Notes: generated by a model from the sequence alone, not told the origin. Positions 50,395 to 62,601 are shown, counted from the stretch's first letter. The stretch: DNA of 64,000 nucleotides from Guillardia theta CCMP2712 (GCF_000315625.1 NW_005434669.1:695638-759637); one strand, 5' to 3'. Translations and numbers: made by a program.

Positions 50395-51995
50395 TGAAAC
50401 ACGCTTGCTTGTATCTGCCTTGCTTGAGGCAGTCGAGTTGTGCTAGCGCGAGCGACGAGACTTGATCCTTGTAGTTCCTCACTCGCACGTATCCGTCCCA
50501 GACTTCACAAGAGAACTTGTTGTCTCGGAGTTGCCTGCAGATCGCATGAGGCACAACAAGCGTGACTTGCTCCTCACTGAAGCTCCGACGCTGTCACGAA
50601 GACCACAACCTCCTGCATTGCAAACTCACGCGGAGGAGACAGGAGCGAAAAGTCTCCACCTTGAGCGAACGGAGCCATCCGACCATGTCGGCAAAGAGCT
50701 GCATCAGCTTCGCATGCTCTTCGGGGGAGTAGGTCCTGCAGCTCAAGGTCAAGGGCTGCAGGACGCGCAGGTTGAGGCTACTCGGAGAGAGCGTTCTGCG
50801 AGTGCCACTGGAGGGCGACGTAGTCTTCCTCCCTCAGTCGCTTCAGGATTTCTCTCTGCATTGACCCCCATCACCTCCTCTCATACACGTCCCTCTCACC
50901 TTGGCTGCCTTGAAGCAATCTTCCCATCTCTCCTCCTCCTCGAACGCGGGGTCGAACATAGTGCGAGCCATGCTTGCGATCCCTGGAAGAAGACCTCTCC
51001 CGCTTGCTTCTCCCTCGACCATCCTCAGCCCTGAGACGGACATTCACGACCAGCCGCTCCCTCCCTCGCCGTCACCTGAGCGAACAAAGATGCTCCCCAT
51101 GGTGGGAGGGCCATAGTGGCACGGCATGGCTGTCACCGACGGCCGATAGCCCCAGAACTCTTGGAACCCTTCGATCCCTTCCTGTGCTCTACACTCAGAT
51201 GTCGACCTAGCAGCATGCGCTGACGTAGTCAGACCTCAACCCATCGTGTCAGCTCCTCAAGGTCTTTCTGATAGCTCCTGTCGTCCGACAGGTACTCCGA
51301 ATGTGTGCTGTGAAACAATCCCGACGAGCTGTTCCGAAGACCGTAGTGGTAGTAGGTCAGCCCGTTGTTGAAGTACCAGGACGTGATAGCATCCTCTGCT
51401 CTCAAGTAGCCAACCCAAGCGCTCGTGTCAAAGTGCGACCGCCCATGATACTCGGGATGCCAGAGGCCCTTCTGGAAGCCTTGCTTGTACTTAGCTCGAA
51501 GATCTCCTCGCTCATACGGAGACCTGGAGGCCCCTCCGGATGAGTTGTGCCACCAGAGCTCACGATACGAGCAGCTTGCACGTCCAGGACAGCCTGAGTC
51601 TCTCATGCTATCGTAGTCGGGACCTGCTACCACCCAGAATGGCGTGATGACTACCTGCTTCGGGGAAGGGTGCCCCGAGTTCAGTCGACTCAGGAGGTCG
51701 AACAGCTCGTCGAGGTCTGAGCTTGTCTCTACTGTAGCTCTTGACGGAGACCCACCTGAGACAGCTTGTTGGCACACATGCATCCAACTTGTCGCTCACC
51801 TGACAACCACAGTCCTTCTTCTCCGAACATCTGTCGAGCGCTCTTGTCCGGCCATACTGGCCCATGGTTCGACCATCGTCCCCAGTCGTCACTGCCGATT
51901 GAGATGAACTTGAGGCTCTCAGACGCTGGCAGGAGGAGGAGGAGGAGGAGGAGGAGGAGGAGCTGCGACGGAACCGGCTTGACGCCCTCCCTCAT
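50395..51995 (-). CDS. Secreted polysaccharide deacetylase-like (NodB/CE4-fold) protein; 3' end uncertain
   Basis: Poly-Leu signal peptide, ISIGSDDWG, VITPFWVVAGPDY, WHPEYHGRSHF, GFQEFWGYRPSVTAMPC. Confidence 0.65.
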
Positions 51996-52089
51996 CCTCT
52001 CCCTGTGCCCATTCCCCTCTAGTTCCCGTCCTATCGGGGCCCCGTCCAGTCCTCGTAGAACATTTCGCAGTCACCGTATATCCGTCTCC

Positions 52090-52810
52090 CCGGGCCCGCC
52101 CGGCCGCGAGGACGCCGAGGCCCGTGACTGACTCCCGAGTCCCGTCACGGGGCCGCGCCGCCGCACCGCGGAAACTTAGGTAGTCGAGTGTCAGTGGTTC
52201 TTAAACTTGACCCTAGGAAATGAGTCACTCAAACGTCCTTTACTCAAAGTTAAGTTCAAGATCAGTGCTGGGACAATCAGGAGAGTCCGAGCCGCTGAGC
52301 GGTCGACTGAGGAGGCTTATCCCTGACACTGTCGCACTGGCCAAACGGCGAGACTCTTGAAGAGAAAAGACAGCGAGCGGCCGGGCCCGGCCGCGGGGCC
52401 GGGCCGTACCCGGTGCCATGATTGGAAGTACATTGTCACACGCTAATTATTGAACCTTTCAACCACTGTGCAGCAAGTTTACTCAAAGTTAAGTGAGCAA
52501 GTGTGTCGCCGCAGGAGGCGGCTCCGGAACTGAGGTGTGTCCAGTCCCGTTCAGTTAAACTTGGCAGCACTGAGCTGAGCTGAGGAATACAGCAGTCACG
52601 GTCGGACGGTCAGTCTTCAAGCCGTGGCCGACACTGTGACAGCCTCCGTGAACCGGAACCGTCACACTGAGTGACAGTCACCGTACGGCCGCCGCGGGGG
52701 GGCTCAGGCCAGCTTGAATCCTCCGAGTCCGTCGTACTGTACTACGTAGTAGTGACGCCGCCGGGTAGTGCGATGGACACACTGATGACTCACCCGTCGG
52801 AGCAGCCTGC
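52090..52810. repeat. Non-coding GC-palindrome / short-repeat cluster
   Basis: CCGGGCCCGG and GGCCGCGG palindromes, ACTCAAAGTTAAG twice (~52243, ~52481), recurrent GTGAC/TCAGT/CACTG words. Confidence 0.5.
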
Positions 52811-52869
52811 CCAAGTTTGAGCATTCCATTGAATTTGAATCGCAGCTGCTTGAAGCAGAATCGCTCTAA

Positions 52870-54844
52870 GGTTTTAATGGAAAATTGTGAATTTCTTCCT
52901 GTTTTACCCATCCCCACTCCTTTTCGATGCCTTGCCAAATCCATCTCATCGGAGACAAGAAAGATCCAGGCAAGCGATGATCTGCTTCCGGTGGTACAAA
53001 CACAAACCACGATCGATAGACTGCTCAACAACAATACAACGGGTGAGAACTCCGTATCCATGTAGAAAAGGATTCAAGAATTCACCGTCATCACAGGCAT
53101 CAGTCAGATGAATTCTGAGACCGTTTTCATTTGCAAATTTATTCACATGGTGATAGGTCAACGGCCACCTGTGAAGCATTATTGAAGTCATCCACCACAT
53201 ATTGACCAAAAGCGCAAGAACAACACTTACTCCTTCAAATCGTAATCATGTCCGGCCAGGATCCCTCCACCCCTTACTTTTCCTAGCAGGATTTCAAAAA
53301 CAAAACCACAAGACAGTGAGAATCAGAATTGTGAGAACTAGAGCTCAAGCTCGTCTTACCGTACCACTCCTTCAACGTGTTGCCGTTTTCCTGAATATTC
53401 ACAGTGTCATCTACTTGCGATTAAGCAGAGTGAGAAATACCTGTCCATTGTGGGCATAACCATCGATGTAAACAAAATCGAAAAAACCATTTGGAAAGAA
53501 TGAGGAAGCATGCTCAAACGTCATTCTCAAAACCTAAACTTTGAATGTCATCATCTTCTTTTCTTTCACATCTGTACTCAGACCATGTTTTTGTGACAAA
53601 ATGGCGCCAAATATTGAAGCGTAGCGAAATATTCATCGATGACTGTCAAAACAAGGATATATGGGTTACAATCTCGATTTTCGACTGATCAGAAATGATA
53701 CAATGATCACGTTGTTCGTCATCCCAACTGTAGGAAAAGATCAGAATAGAAAAGCAGTGTCAGCCTCAGCCTTCTGACCTATCTACAGAGAATAGGTATG
53801 ATATGTTCCGAGTCTGAAGCAGCTCAAACGAAAACTTCCCCGATGCAACTCCGAGCTCTGGAAGGCATACTCATTTTCGTGGTAGAGTCCTGACTGATGG
53901 CTGTAACAATGTGTTTGGTAGTCACCTATTGCTCGTGAACCATTGGTCTTGGGATCATAAATCACAGAAGGGATGTCCCTCCTGAAATGCCACATCAGCT
54001 GAAACAAGTGTTCTTGTGCTTTCCGACCTGCAGAAACTTGTTGCTCTTTCATCTATCCTTTCGACCAAGTCGAACTTCTGTGTGCTCACGGACTTTAATG
54101 GCAAGAGATGATAGCAGAAATCACCTACCGAACCCTCAGCAAACTTCACGAGAATGGATACTTGGTCTTTCGAGAGCACCATCCCATCGTCAAAGTCTTG
54201 AAGGGTGGCTGATAAGGTGATCTGACAAGACTCAACAGCTCTACCTTCACACACATCGTTTCAGATGAGAGATACTGTATATCACTGAGCAACCCAAAAA
54301 CGTGAGGGAACTTACTTTTGTCCCTCCCTTCAAGAAATGCAGAATTCGGAATACGAAACAATATTTCTTCATCGACAACAGGTCTTGGTTGAAAGTTTGA
54401 TCCATGACAAATATCTTGTGAAAAGTATACTGGATCCACTTCCAAATCTTGAAACTCTATGCTTGCAACCAACACCCATGCACGGCAATCAATCAAGGTT
54501 CCAACACTGGGTTAAGGGATGAAGCATAAAACATCGCCACAGCAACATGAGAAACTACCTTTTCATGTTCAATGCAAGATGCATAGAATATGACTTATCT
54601 TGTATCGGCGATCCAATCCATATCTCTCGAGGAGGACTAGATATGCGAACCTATCCTTGATCACTCCAGGAAATGCTCGATGAAATCAGCATCAGCATAC
54701 CGTTCCTTCTACGACTCTCCCCGGATCAACAGTCTCATGCATCTTTGATTGATCTTGTTGCTTCTGAGAGCTTAAAGTTCCTCCCCAGGTCTCTTCCTCT
54801 CCGCCCACTACTAGCACCGCAAACAACGCCATGAGCAGGCGCAT
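52870..54844 (-). CDS. Secreted/membrane protein with C-terminal class I SAM methyltransferase (Methyltransf_24-like); 3' end approximate
   Basis: N-terminus MRLLMALFAVLVVG; FPNGFFDFVYIDGYAHNGQ, TLKEWY, GGILAGHDY, WPLTYHHVNKF. Confidence 0.7.
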
Positions 54845-55369
54845 GTTCTCCAGTCGGGGCGGGCCCGGCGAATCCGACTTGCAAGGCTTTAGTAACCTTC
54901 CTAGGACCAAGTCCTATAACCTTTTCTACCTTTTAGTCTTAGGATCGGTTTTAGGCGACATCTTTTTAAAATTACTCTATGGGCAATGGTACTAGACTTG
55001 GTATAGCAAGGATCCTATGTAATCACATTCCTAGACCCTTCCTAGTACCCGACAAGGGACCCAATAACTCCAAAAAGTTCCTAGCACCTCGACTAGGACC
55101 ACATCCTATACGGCCTTATCAAGGTATGCAGATGTTTACGACCCTTGGGCCTACAAAATGGGAAGAGAGAAAGGGAGATGGAGGGAGCGGAGTTGGAGAG
55201 CATGTGTGTTGTGATTCAAGAGGAGAGAGACGGGGTGAGAGGAGACTGGAGCGATGCCGGTGGGGCTTATGCAAAGACATCTATGATTGTAGAAACACAA
55301 CAGGAAATAGAGAGCAACACGCCATACAACTGACTGCTTCCTGTAGATTGTTTAGGAGTCTTTTTAATC

Positions 55370-58300
55370 ATGGGCTGCGGTTCATCGACACAGTCGAGTC
55401 AAGTGGCTCCGAACAACAATGTCCAGTCGAATAATACAGGCCATGTGAAAGTAGAAGCAGCGAAAGACAATGCCATTCGCCCGGATATCAAAAGTTCAGA
55501 TACAATGAAGTCAAATGTTGCCTTGAAGCAAACGATCAATGCAGAGACACCCACTACCTCCCTCGTGAAGGACAGCAACGCCAAAGGAAACGAAGAAACA
55601 ACAGGTCGGCAGAACCCTCCAGACACCCGCACAGAAATACAAGAGAAACTTAAGGATCTGAAGAGCTCCAAGACTGATTTCTGCGCCTTGCAGGATATTG
55701 AAGACAACAATGAGCAACCTGCCGAAGATTGGCTCCCAGAATACTTGCCGCAAAATGTTATCCCTCCGCACTTGGAACACAACACAACCTTTTCATCTAG
55801 AGGAACGCGGACCAGCAAGGCAAGCATTCTTCAGAAGCAAAAAACAATCAGAAAAACAAAGATCGTGTGTACCATGGGCCCCGCCTGCTGGAGCGAAGAG
55901 GTCATCGGTAAGCTGCTCGACGCAGGGCTCAACATCGCAAGGTTCAACTTCTCGCATGGGTCCCACGAGGGCCACCTGGAGGTGCTCGAGCGCTTCCGAG
56001 GCGTGTGCGCCTCCAAGGGCAGCCATGCGGCGGTGCTGCTAGACACCAAAGGGCCGGAGATCAGGACGGCGATGCTGCGGGAGCACAAGCCGATCCTGCT
56101 GACCAAGGGGCAGGAGATCATCGTGGAGGCAGTAGGGGACGAGTACAGCAGCTGGGAGGGCTACAAGGACGAGTCGGAGACGCGGATAGGACTGTCGTAC
56201 GCGAAGCTGTGCCAGAGCGTGAGGCCGGGCAACAGGATTCTGCTTGCGGACGGATCGATCGTGATTGAGGTCGCGGAGATACGGAGCGAGCGGGAGCTCA
56301 GGGGCGTGGTGCTCAACGAGAAAGAGCTCGGGGAGCGGAAGAACTGCAACCTGCCCGGAGTGAAGGTCGACATCCCCGTGCTGACGGCAAAGGACATCGA
56401 CGACGTGCAGAACTTCTGCGCGAAGCACAAGATGGACTTTGTTGCCGCCTCGTTTGTGCAGACCGGGGAGGACGTGAAGCTGATCCGGAGAACGCTGGAC
56501 GAGGCGGGAGGGCAGGATGTGAAGATCATCAGCAAGATCGAGAACGAGGCGGGGCTTGAGAACATCGACGACATCATCCGGGAGACAGACGGAGTGATGG
56601 TAGCGAGGGGCGATCTCGGGATGGAGATCCCGTCGGAGAAAGTAGCGCTTGCCCAGAAGATGATCATCACGAAGTGCAACATTGCTGGGAAGTTTGTGAT
56701 CACAGCGACTCAGATGCTGGAGAGCATGGTGAAGAATCCGCTACCGACACGGGCGGAGATGGTGAGAGATAGAGGAGGAGGGAGGAGGGGGAGGGGAAGG
56801 GATGGGGAGGGGAGGGGAGGGGAGAGGGGAGAGGAAAGACGATAACGTTTGTGTACAGACGGACGTAGCGAACGCGGTGTTTGACGGGACGGACTGTGTG
56901 ATGCTATCAGGAGAGACAGCCAACGGGAGCTTTCCGGACACAGCGGTGGAGACGATGGCGTCGATTGTAGCCAATGCTGAGCTTGGAATTGATTACTATT
57001 CGCAATATGGGTTTATCAAGCAGCTTAATTTTTTGTCCTCCAAAGGTTTGTCCATTGACGAGTCAATTTTGGCCTCCGTTTCCAAAAGTGCAATTGAATT
57101 CTCTGAAGATTTAGACGGGAATGGAGTTATTGATTCCGACGAGGTAGCGGTTGTGATTGTTTTTACTGCAAGTGGTCGATCTGCCGATATTGTCTCCAAA
57201 TATCGTCCTTCGGGACCAGTCCTCGTTGTATCAGACAAAGATGAAGTGATCAAGAAGACAAATTGTCGATTTGGTCAACACGGATACAAAATAGAATCTC
57301 TGCAAATTGGATCTCTTACTTTGAAAGAAAAGATGAAGCTTGTTTTGGACGAAGTGGTACGGCGCGGATATCAAGACGGATTCATAGTTCCAGAAAAACA
57401 CGTTCTGGCAGTCTGTGGTGTCCACGAAGTATCTGCAGATCAGACTGCAAATGTGTCATATGTCGAAGGCCAATCGGAAAAACGAAATCCTCTTTTATAT
57501 CTGAATCCAGGAAAGCTGGGATATATTCAATCCCTGATCACCACTAGAATACACAAGGATTTGCTTGTTAAGAAAGCCCAGAACCGAAGGGCAACAAAGA
57601 TCGTGTGTACCATGGGCCCCGCCTGCTGGAGCGAAGAGGTCATCGGTAAGCTGCTCGACGCAGGGCTCAACATCGCAAGGTTCAACTTCTCGCATGGGTC
57701 CCACGAGGGCCACCTGGAGGTGCTCGAGCGCTTCCGAGGCGTGTGCGCCTCCAAGGGCAGCCATGCGGCGGTGCTGCTAGACACCAAAGGGCCGGAGATC
57801 AGGACGGCGATGCTGCGGGAGCACAAGCCGATCCTGCTGACCAAGGGGCAGGAGATCATCGTGGAGGCAGTAGGGGACGAGTACAGCAGCTGGGAGGGCT
57901 ACAAGGACGAGTCGGAGACGCGGATAGGACTGTCGTACGCGAAGCTGTGCCAGAGCGTGAGGCCGGGCAACAGGATTCTGCTTGCGGACGGATCGATCGT
58001 GATTGAGGTCGCGGAGATACGGAGCGAGCGGGAGCTCAGGGGCGTGGTGCTCAACGAGAAAGAGCTCGGGGAGCGGAAGAACTGCAACCTGCCCGGAGTG
58101 AAGGTCGACATCCCCGTGCTGACGGCAAAGGACATCGACGACGTGCAGAACTTCTGCGCGAAGCACAAGATGGACTTTATCGCCGCCTCGTTTGTGCAGA
58201 CCGGGGAGGACGTGAAGCTGATCCGGAGAACGCTGGACGAGGCGGGAGGGCAGGATGTGAAGATCATCAGCAAGATCGAGAACGAGGCGGGGCTTGAGAA

Positions 58301-61300
58301 CATCGACGACATCATCCGGGAGACAGACGGAGTGATGGTAGCGAGGGGCGATCTCGGGATGGAGATCCCGTCGGAGAAAGTAGCGCTTGCCCAGAAGATG
58401 ATCATCACGAAGTGCAACATTGCTGGGAAGTTTGTGATCACAGCGACTCAGATGCTGGAGAGCATGGTGAAGAATCCGCTACCGACACGGGCGGAGATGG
58501 TGAGAGATAGAGGAGGAGGGAGGAGGGGAAGGGATGGGGAGGGGAGGGGAGGGGAGAGGGGAGGGGGGAGAGGAAAGACAATAACGTTTGTGTACAGACG
58601 GACGTAGCGAACGCGGTGTTTGACGGGACGGACTGTGTGATGCTATCAGGAGAGACAGCCAACGGGAGCTTTCCGGATACTGCAGTTTCGATCATGAGTG
58701 CTATCGTTGTCAATGCTGAAAGGGGAATAGACAAACCGGACGTGTACAATTTTATTCGCAATTGGACACCAAAACCAATGAGCTTCAGAGAAACCATTAC
58801 TTCCTCTGCCATTCAAGCTTCTTTCGATATGCGTGCGGCTCTGATAGTTGTAATTACAAATGATGCCCGTACTGCGAGTCTGATTTCAAAATGGAAGCCG
58901 TTCTCGCCAGTCATCGTTGTCACTTCATCGAAGTCGCTAACAAAGTCGTGCAGCAGTAGGTACGGCCTCCATCCTTTTTACATGGAAGAAATACCATCTA
59001 TGCAAGAAACGATGCGACTCGTTGTTGACTTTGCAAAGCAAAAACAGCTGGCTAAATTCGAAAACAAGGAATTGGAAAATGGTCAGATCGTAGTCGTTTC
59101 GGGTAGAAACATGAACCTAACTGGCACTTTGTTACAACTGACTACTTATCTGTTTGGCGAAGAGGCGAAAAACCTTGAAGAGAATCATGGCTACGAGGGA
59201 AAACACACATTTACCTTCAAATCAACAAAAATTGGACTTGACTTGGTATGTGAACCAGTTTTTTCAGTGCGCAAAACAAAGATCGTGTGTACCATGGGCC
59301 CCGCCTGCTGGAGCGAAGAGGTCATCGGTAAGCTGCTCGACGCAGGGCTCAACATCGCAAGGTTCAACTTCTCGCATGGGTCCCACGAGGGCCACCTGGA
59401 GGTGCTCGAGCGCTTCCGAGGCGTGTGCGCCTCCAAGGGCAGCCATGCGGCGGTGCTGCTAGACACCAAAGGGCCGGAGATCAGGACGGCGATGCTGCGG
59501 GAGCACAAGCCGATCCTGCTGACCAAGGGGCAGGAGATCATCGTGGAGGCAGTAGGGGACGAGTACAGCAGCTGGGAGGGCTACAAGGACGAGTCGGAGA
59601 CGCGGATAGGACTGTCGTACGCGAAGCTGTGCCAGAGCGTGAGCCGGGCAACAGATTCTGCTTGCGGACGATCGATCGTGATTGAGTCGCGGAGATACGG
59701 AGCGAGCGGGGAGCTCAGGGCGTGGTGCTCAACGAGAAAGAGCTCGGGGAGCGGAGACTGCAACCTGCGGGGAGGGGGAGGGTGGACATCCCCGTGCTGA
59801 CGGCAAAGGACATCGACGACGTGCAGAACTTCTGCGCGAAGCACAAGATGGACTTTGTTGCCGCCTCGTTTGTGCAGACCGGGGAGGACGTGAAGCTGAT
59901 CCGGAGAACGCTGGACGAGGCGGGAGGGCAGGATGTGAAGATCATCAGCAAGATCGAGAACGAGGCGGGGCTTGAGAACATCGACGACATCATCCGGGAG
60001 ACAGACGGAGTGATGGTAGCGAGGGGCGATCTCGGGATGGAGATCCCGTCGGAGAAAGTAGCGCTTGCCCAGAAGATGATCATCACGAAGTGCAACATTG
60101 CTGGGAAGTTTGTGATCACAGCGACTCAGATGCTGGAGAGCATGGTGAAGAATCCGCTACCGACACGGGCGGAGATGGTGAGAGATAGAGGAGGAGGGAG
60201 GAGGGGAAGGGATGGGGAGGGGAGGGGAGGGGAGAGGGGAGGGGGGAGAGGAAAGACAATAACGTTTGTGTACAGACGGACGTAGCGAATGCGGTGTTTG
60301 ACGGGACGGACTGTGTGATGCTATCAGGAGAGACAGCCAACGGGAGCTTTCCGGACACAGCGGTGGAGACGATGGCGTCGATCGTAGCCAATGCTGAGAT
60401 TGGAGTGAATTACCCTCAAGTCTTTTCAAGTCTTCGAGATTTCACTCCGAAGCCAATGGGATTTATGGAATCTATGTTATGCTGTGCTGCTAAGAATGCT
60501 GTTGATTGCTACGCTGGTTTGATTGTTTTGTTTTCAAAGACTGGACGAGCGGCAAGGCTTGTTTCGAAGTATCATCCTTTTGTTCCGGTGGTGGTGATTT
60601 CAGACAATGAAAGGGTTACAAAGCAGCTCAATGCATCTTTCTCACTTTTGCCATATCCAGTTACTGAAATTCCTCAAGAACCCGACCAAATCTCAAGAAT
60701 GATGCTGGACGTCATCGATTGGGCAGTAGACAAGCAGATATGCTTGTCCGATTCTAAAGTAATCATTGTAAAAGGTGCACATGAAGCGGATGCAGATATC
60801 CAACCAACGATTCTCCTTCACAATGCTGACAATTCTGGAAGACATTTCATCCGAAGGAGGACATCTCTTCAGCATAAGCCATTCCATGTGGTACCAACAC
60901 ATAGCGTCGAGAAAACAACCTCTATAAGGTGTAACAGCATATCCCTTGATCAGATAACAAGCAAGTATCAACCTCCAAGGAAGACAAAGATCGTGTGTAC
61001 CATGGGCCCCGCCTGCTGGAGCGAAGAGGTCATCGGTAAGCTGCTCGACGCAGGGCTCAACATCGCAAGGTTCAACTTCTCGCATGGGTCCCACGAGGGC
61101 CACCTGGAGGTGCTCGAGCGCTTCCGAGGCGTGTGCGCCTCCAAGGGCAGCCATGCGGCGGTGCTGCTAGACACCAAAGGGCCGGAGATCAGGACGGCGA
61201 TGCTGCGGGAGCACAAGCCGATCCTGCTGACCAAGGGGCAGGAGATCATCGTGGAGGCAGTAGGGGACGAGTACAGCAGCTGGGAGGGCTACAAGGACGA

Positions 61301-62601
61301 GTCGGAGACGCGGATAGGACTGTCGTACGCGAAGCTGTGCCAGAGCGTGAGGCCGGGCAACAGGATTCTGCTTGCGGACGGATCGATCGTGATTGAGGTC
61401 GCGGAGATACGGAGCGAGCGGGAGCTCAGGGGCGTGGTGCTCAACGAGAAAGAGCTCGGGGAGCGGAAGAACTGCAACCTGCCCGGAGTGAAGGTCGACA
61501 TCCCCGTGCTGACGGCAAAGGACATCGACGACGTGCAGAACTTCTGCGCGAAGCACAAGATGGACTTTATCGCCGCCTCGTTTGTGCAGACCGGGGAGGA
61601 CGTGAAGCTGATCCGGAGAACGCTGGACGAGGCGGGAGGGCAGGATGTGAAGATCATCAGCAAGATCGAGAACGAGGCGGGGCTTGAGAACATCGACGAC
61701 ATCATCCGGGAGACAGACGGAGTGATGGTAGCGAGGGGCGATCTCGGGATGGAGATCCCGTCGGAGAAAGTAGCGCTTGCCCAGAAGATGATCATCACGA
61801 AGTGCAACATTGCTGGGAAGTTTGTGATCACAGCGACTCAGATGCTGGAGAGCATGGTGAAGAATCCGCTACCGACACGGGCGGAGATGGTGAGAGATAG
61901 AGGAGGAGGGAGGAGGGGAAGGGATGGGGAGGGGAGAGAGGAGGGGAGGGGAGAGGAAAGACAATAACGTTTGTGTACAGACGGACGTAGCGAACGCGGT
62001 GTTTGACGGGACGGACTGTGTGATGCTATCAGGAGAGACAGCCAACGGGAGCTTTCCGGACACAGCGGTGGAGACGATGGCGTCGATCGTAGCCAATGCT
62101 GAGTTGGTCAACAATTTCTACGCCATCTTTGCTTTCATCCGAGATTTCACTCCCAAGGTGAGATTTTTTGATTGCCGCTTTTGCTTCTCACTCTTCTTCT
62201 TCGCTTTTCCTTTCTTGGTCTTGATTCTTCAGCCATTCTCCACCAAGGAGTCAGCGGCTTCCAGCGCAGCACAAGCTTGCATTGATGGTCATGCAGACCT
62301 TGTGATCGTCTTAAGCAAGTCCGCGGAGAGCGCAAACCTAGTCTGCAAGTATCGCCCTAGTGCGCCTGTGCTGGTTGTGTCTGCGGACGAGAAGATTGTC
62401 CGGGGATCGTGCTCGCAGTTTGCCCAGTACGGGTTGTTGAAGAACGTCAAGGACATGTCGCTGGAGGACTTCAAGAAGTCCGGGGCTCTAGAGGAAGCAC
62501 TTGCCTATGCTCGCGAGAGGAAGTTGATAGGAGACAAGAGCAAGGGGGTCGTGCTGGTGGCAGAGCAGAGCGAAAAGCATCTGATCGTCTCTCATGTTTG
62601 A
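55370..62601 (+). CDS. PK: Quadruple-domain pyruvate kinase, ~2,260 aa; exons 55370-56761, 56859-58499, 58598-60177, 60276-61889, 61981-62157, 62233-62601
   Basis: Four full sets of PK motifs ([74 protein letters not shown]), joined in frame with no stop after removing phase-0 GT-AG introns; frameshifts occur only at 59641-59785. Confidence 0.9.
55856..62103 (+). repeat. Four near-identical ~1.1 kb intragenic repeats (PK A/B core + intron) starting 55856, 57594, 59276, 60984
   Basis: Nucleotide identity visible by eye, including synonymous sites and the intron. Confidence 0.97.

Noticed and set aside
56005-61831. Repeated antisense/alternate-frame ORFs (180, 129, 87 aa)
   Set aside because: Shadows of the GC-rich PK core repeats.
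55370-62601. Four separate tandem pyruvate kinase genes
   Set aside because: No stop codons or intergenic DNA between units once the conserved intron is removed; ORF-track stops lie in intron read-through or in the indel cluster.
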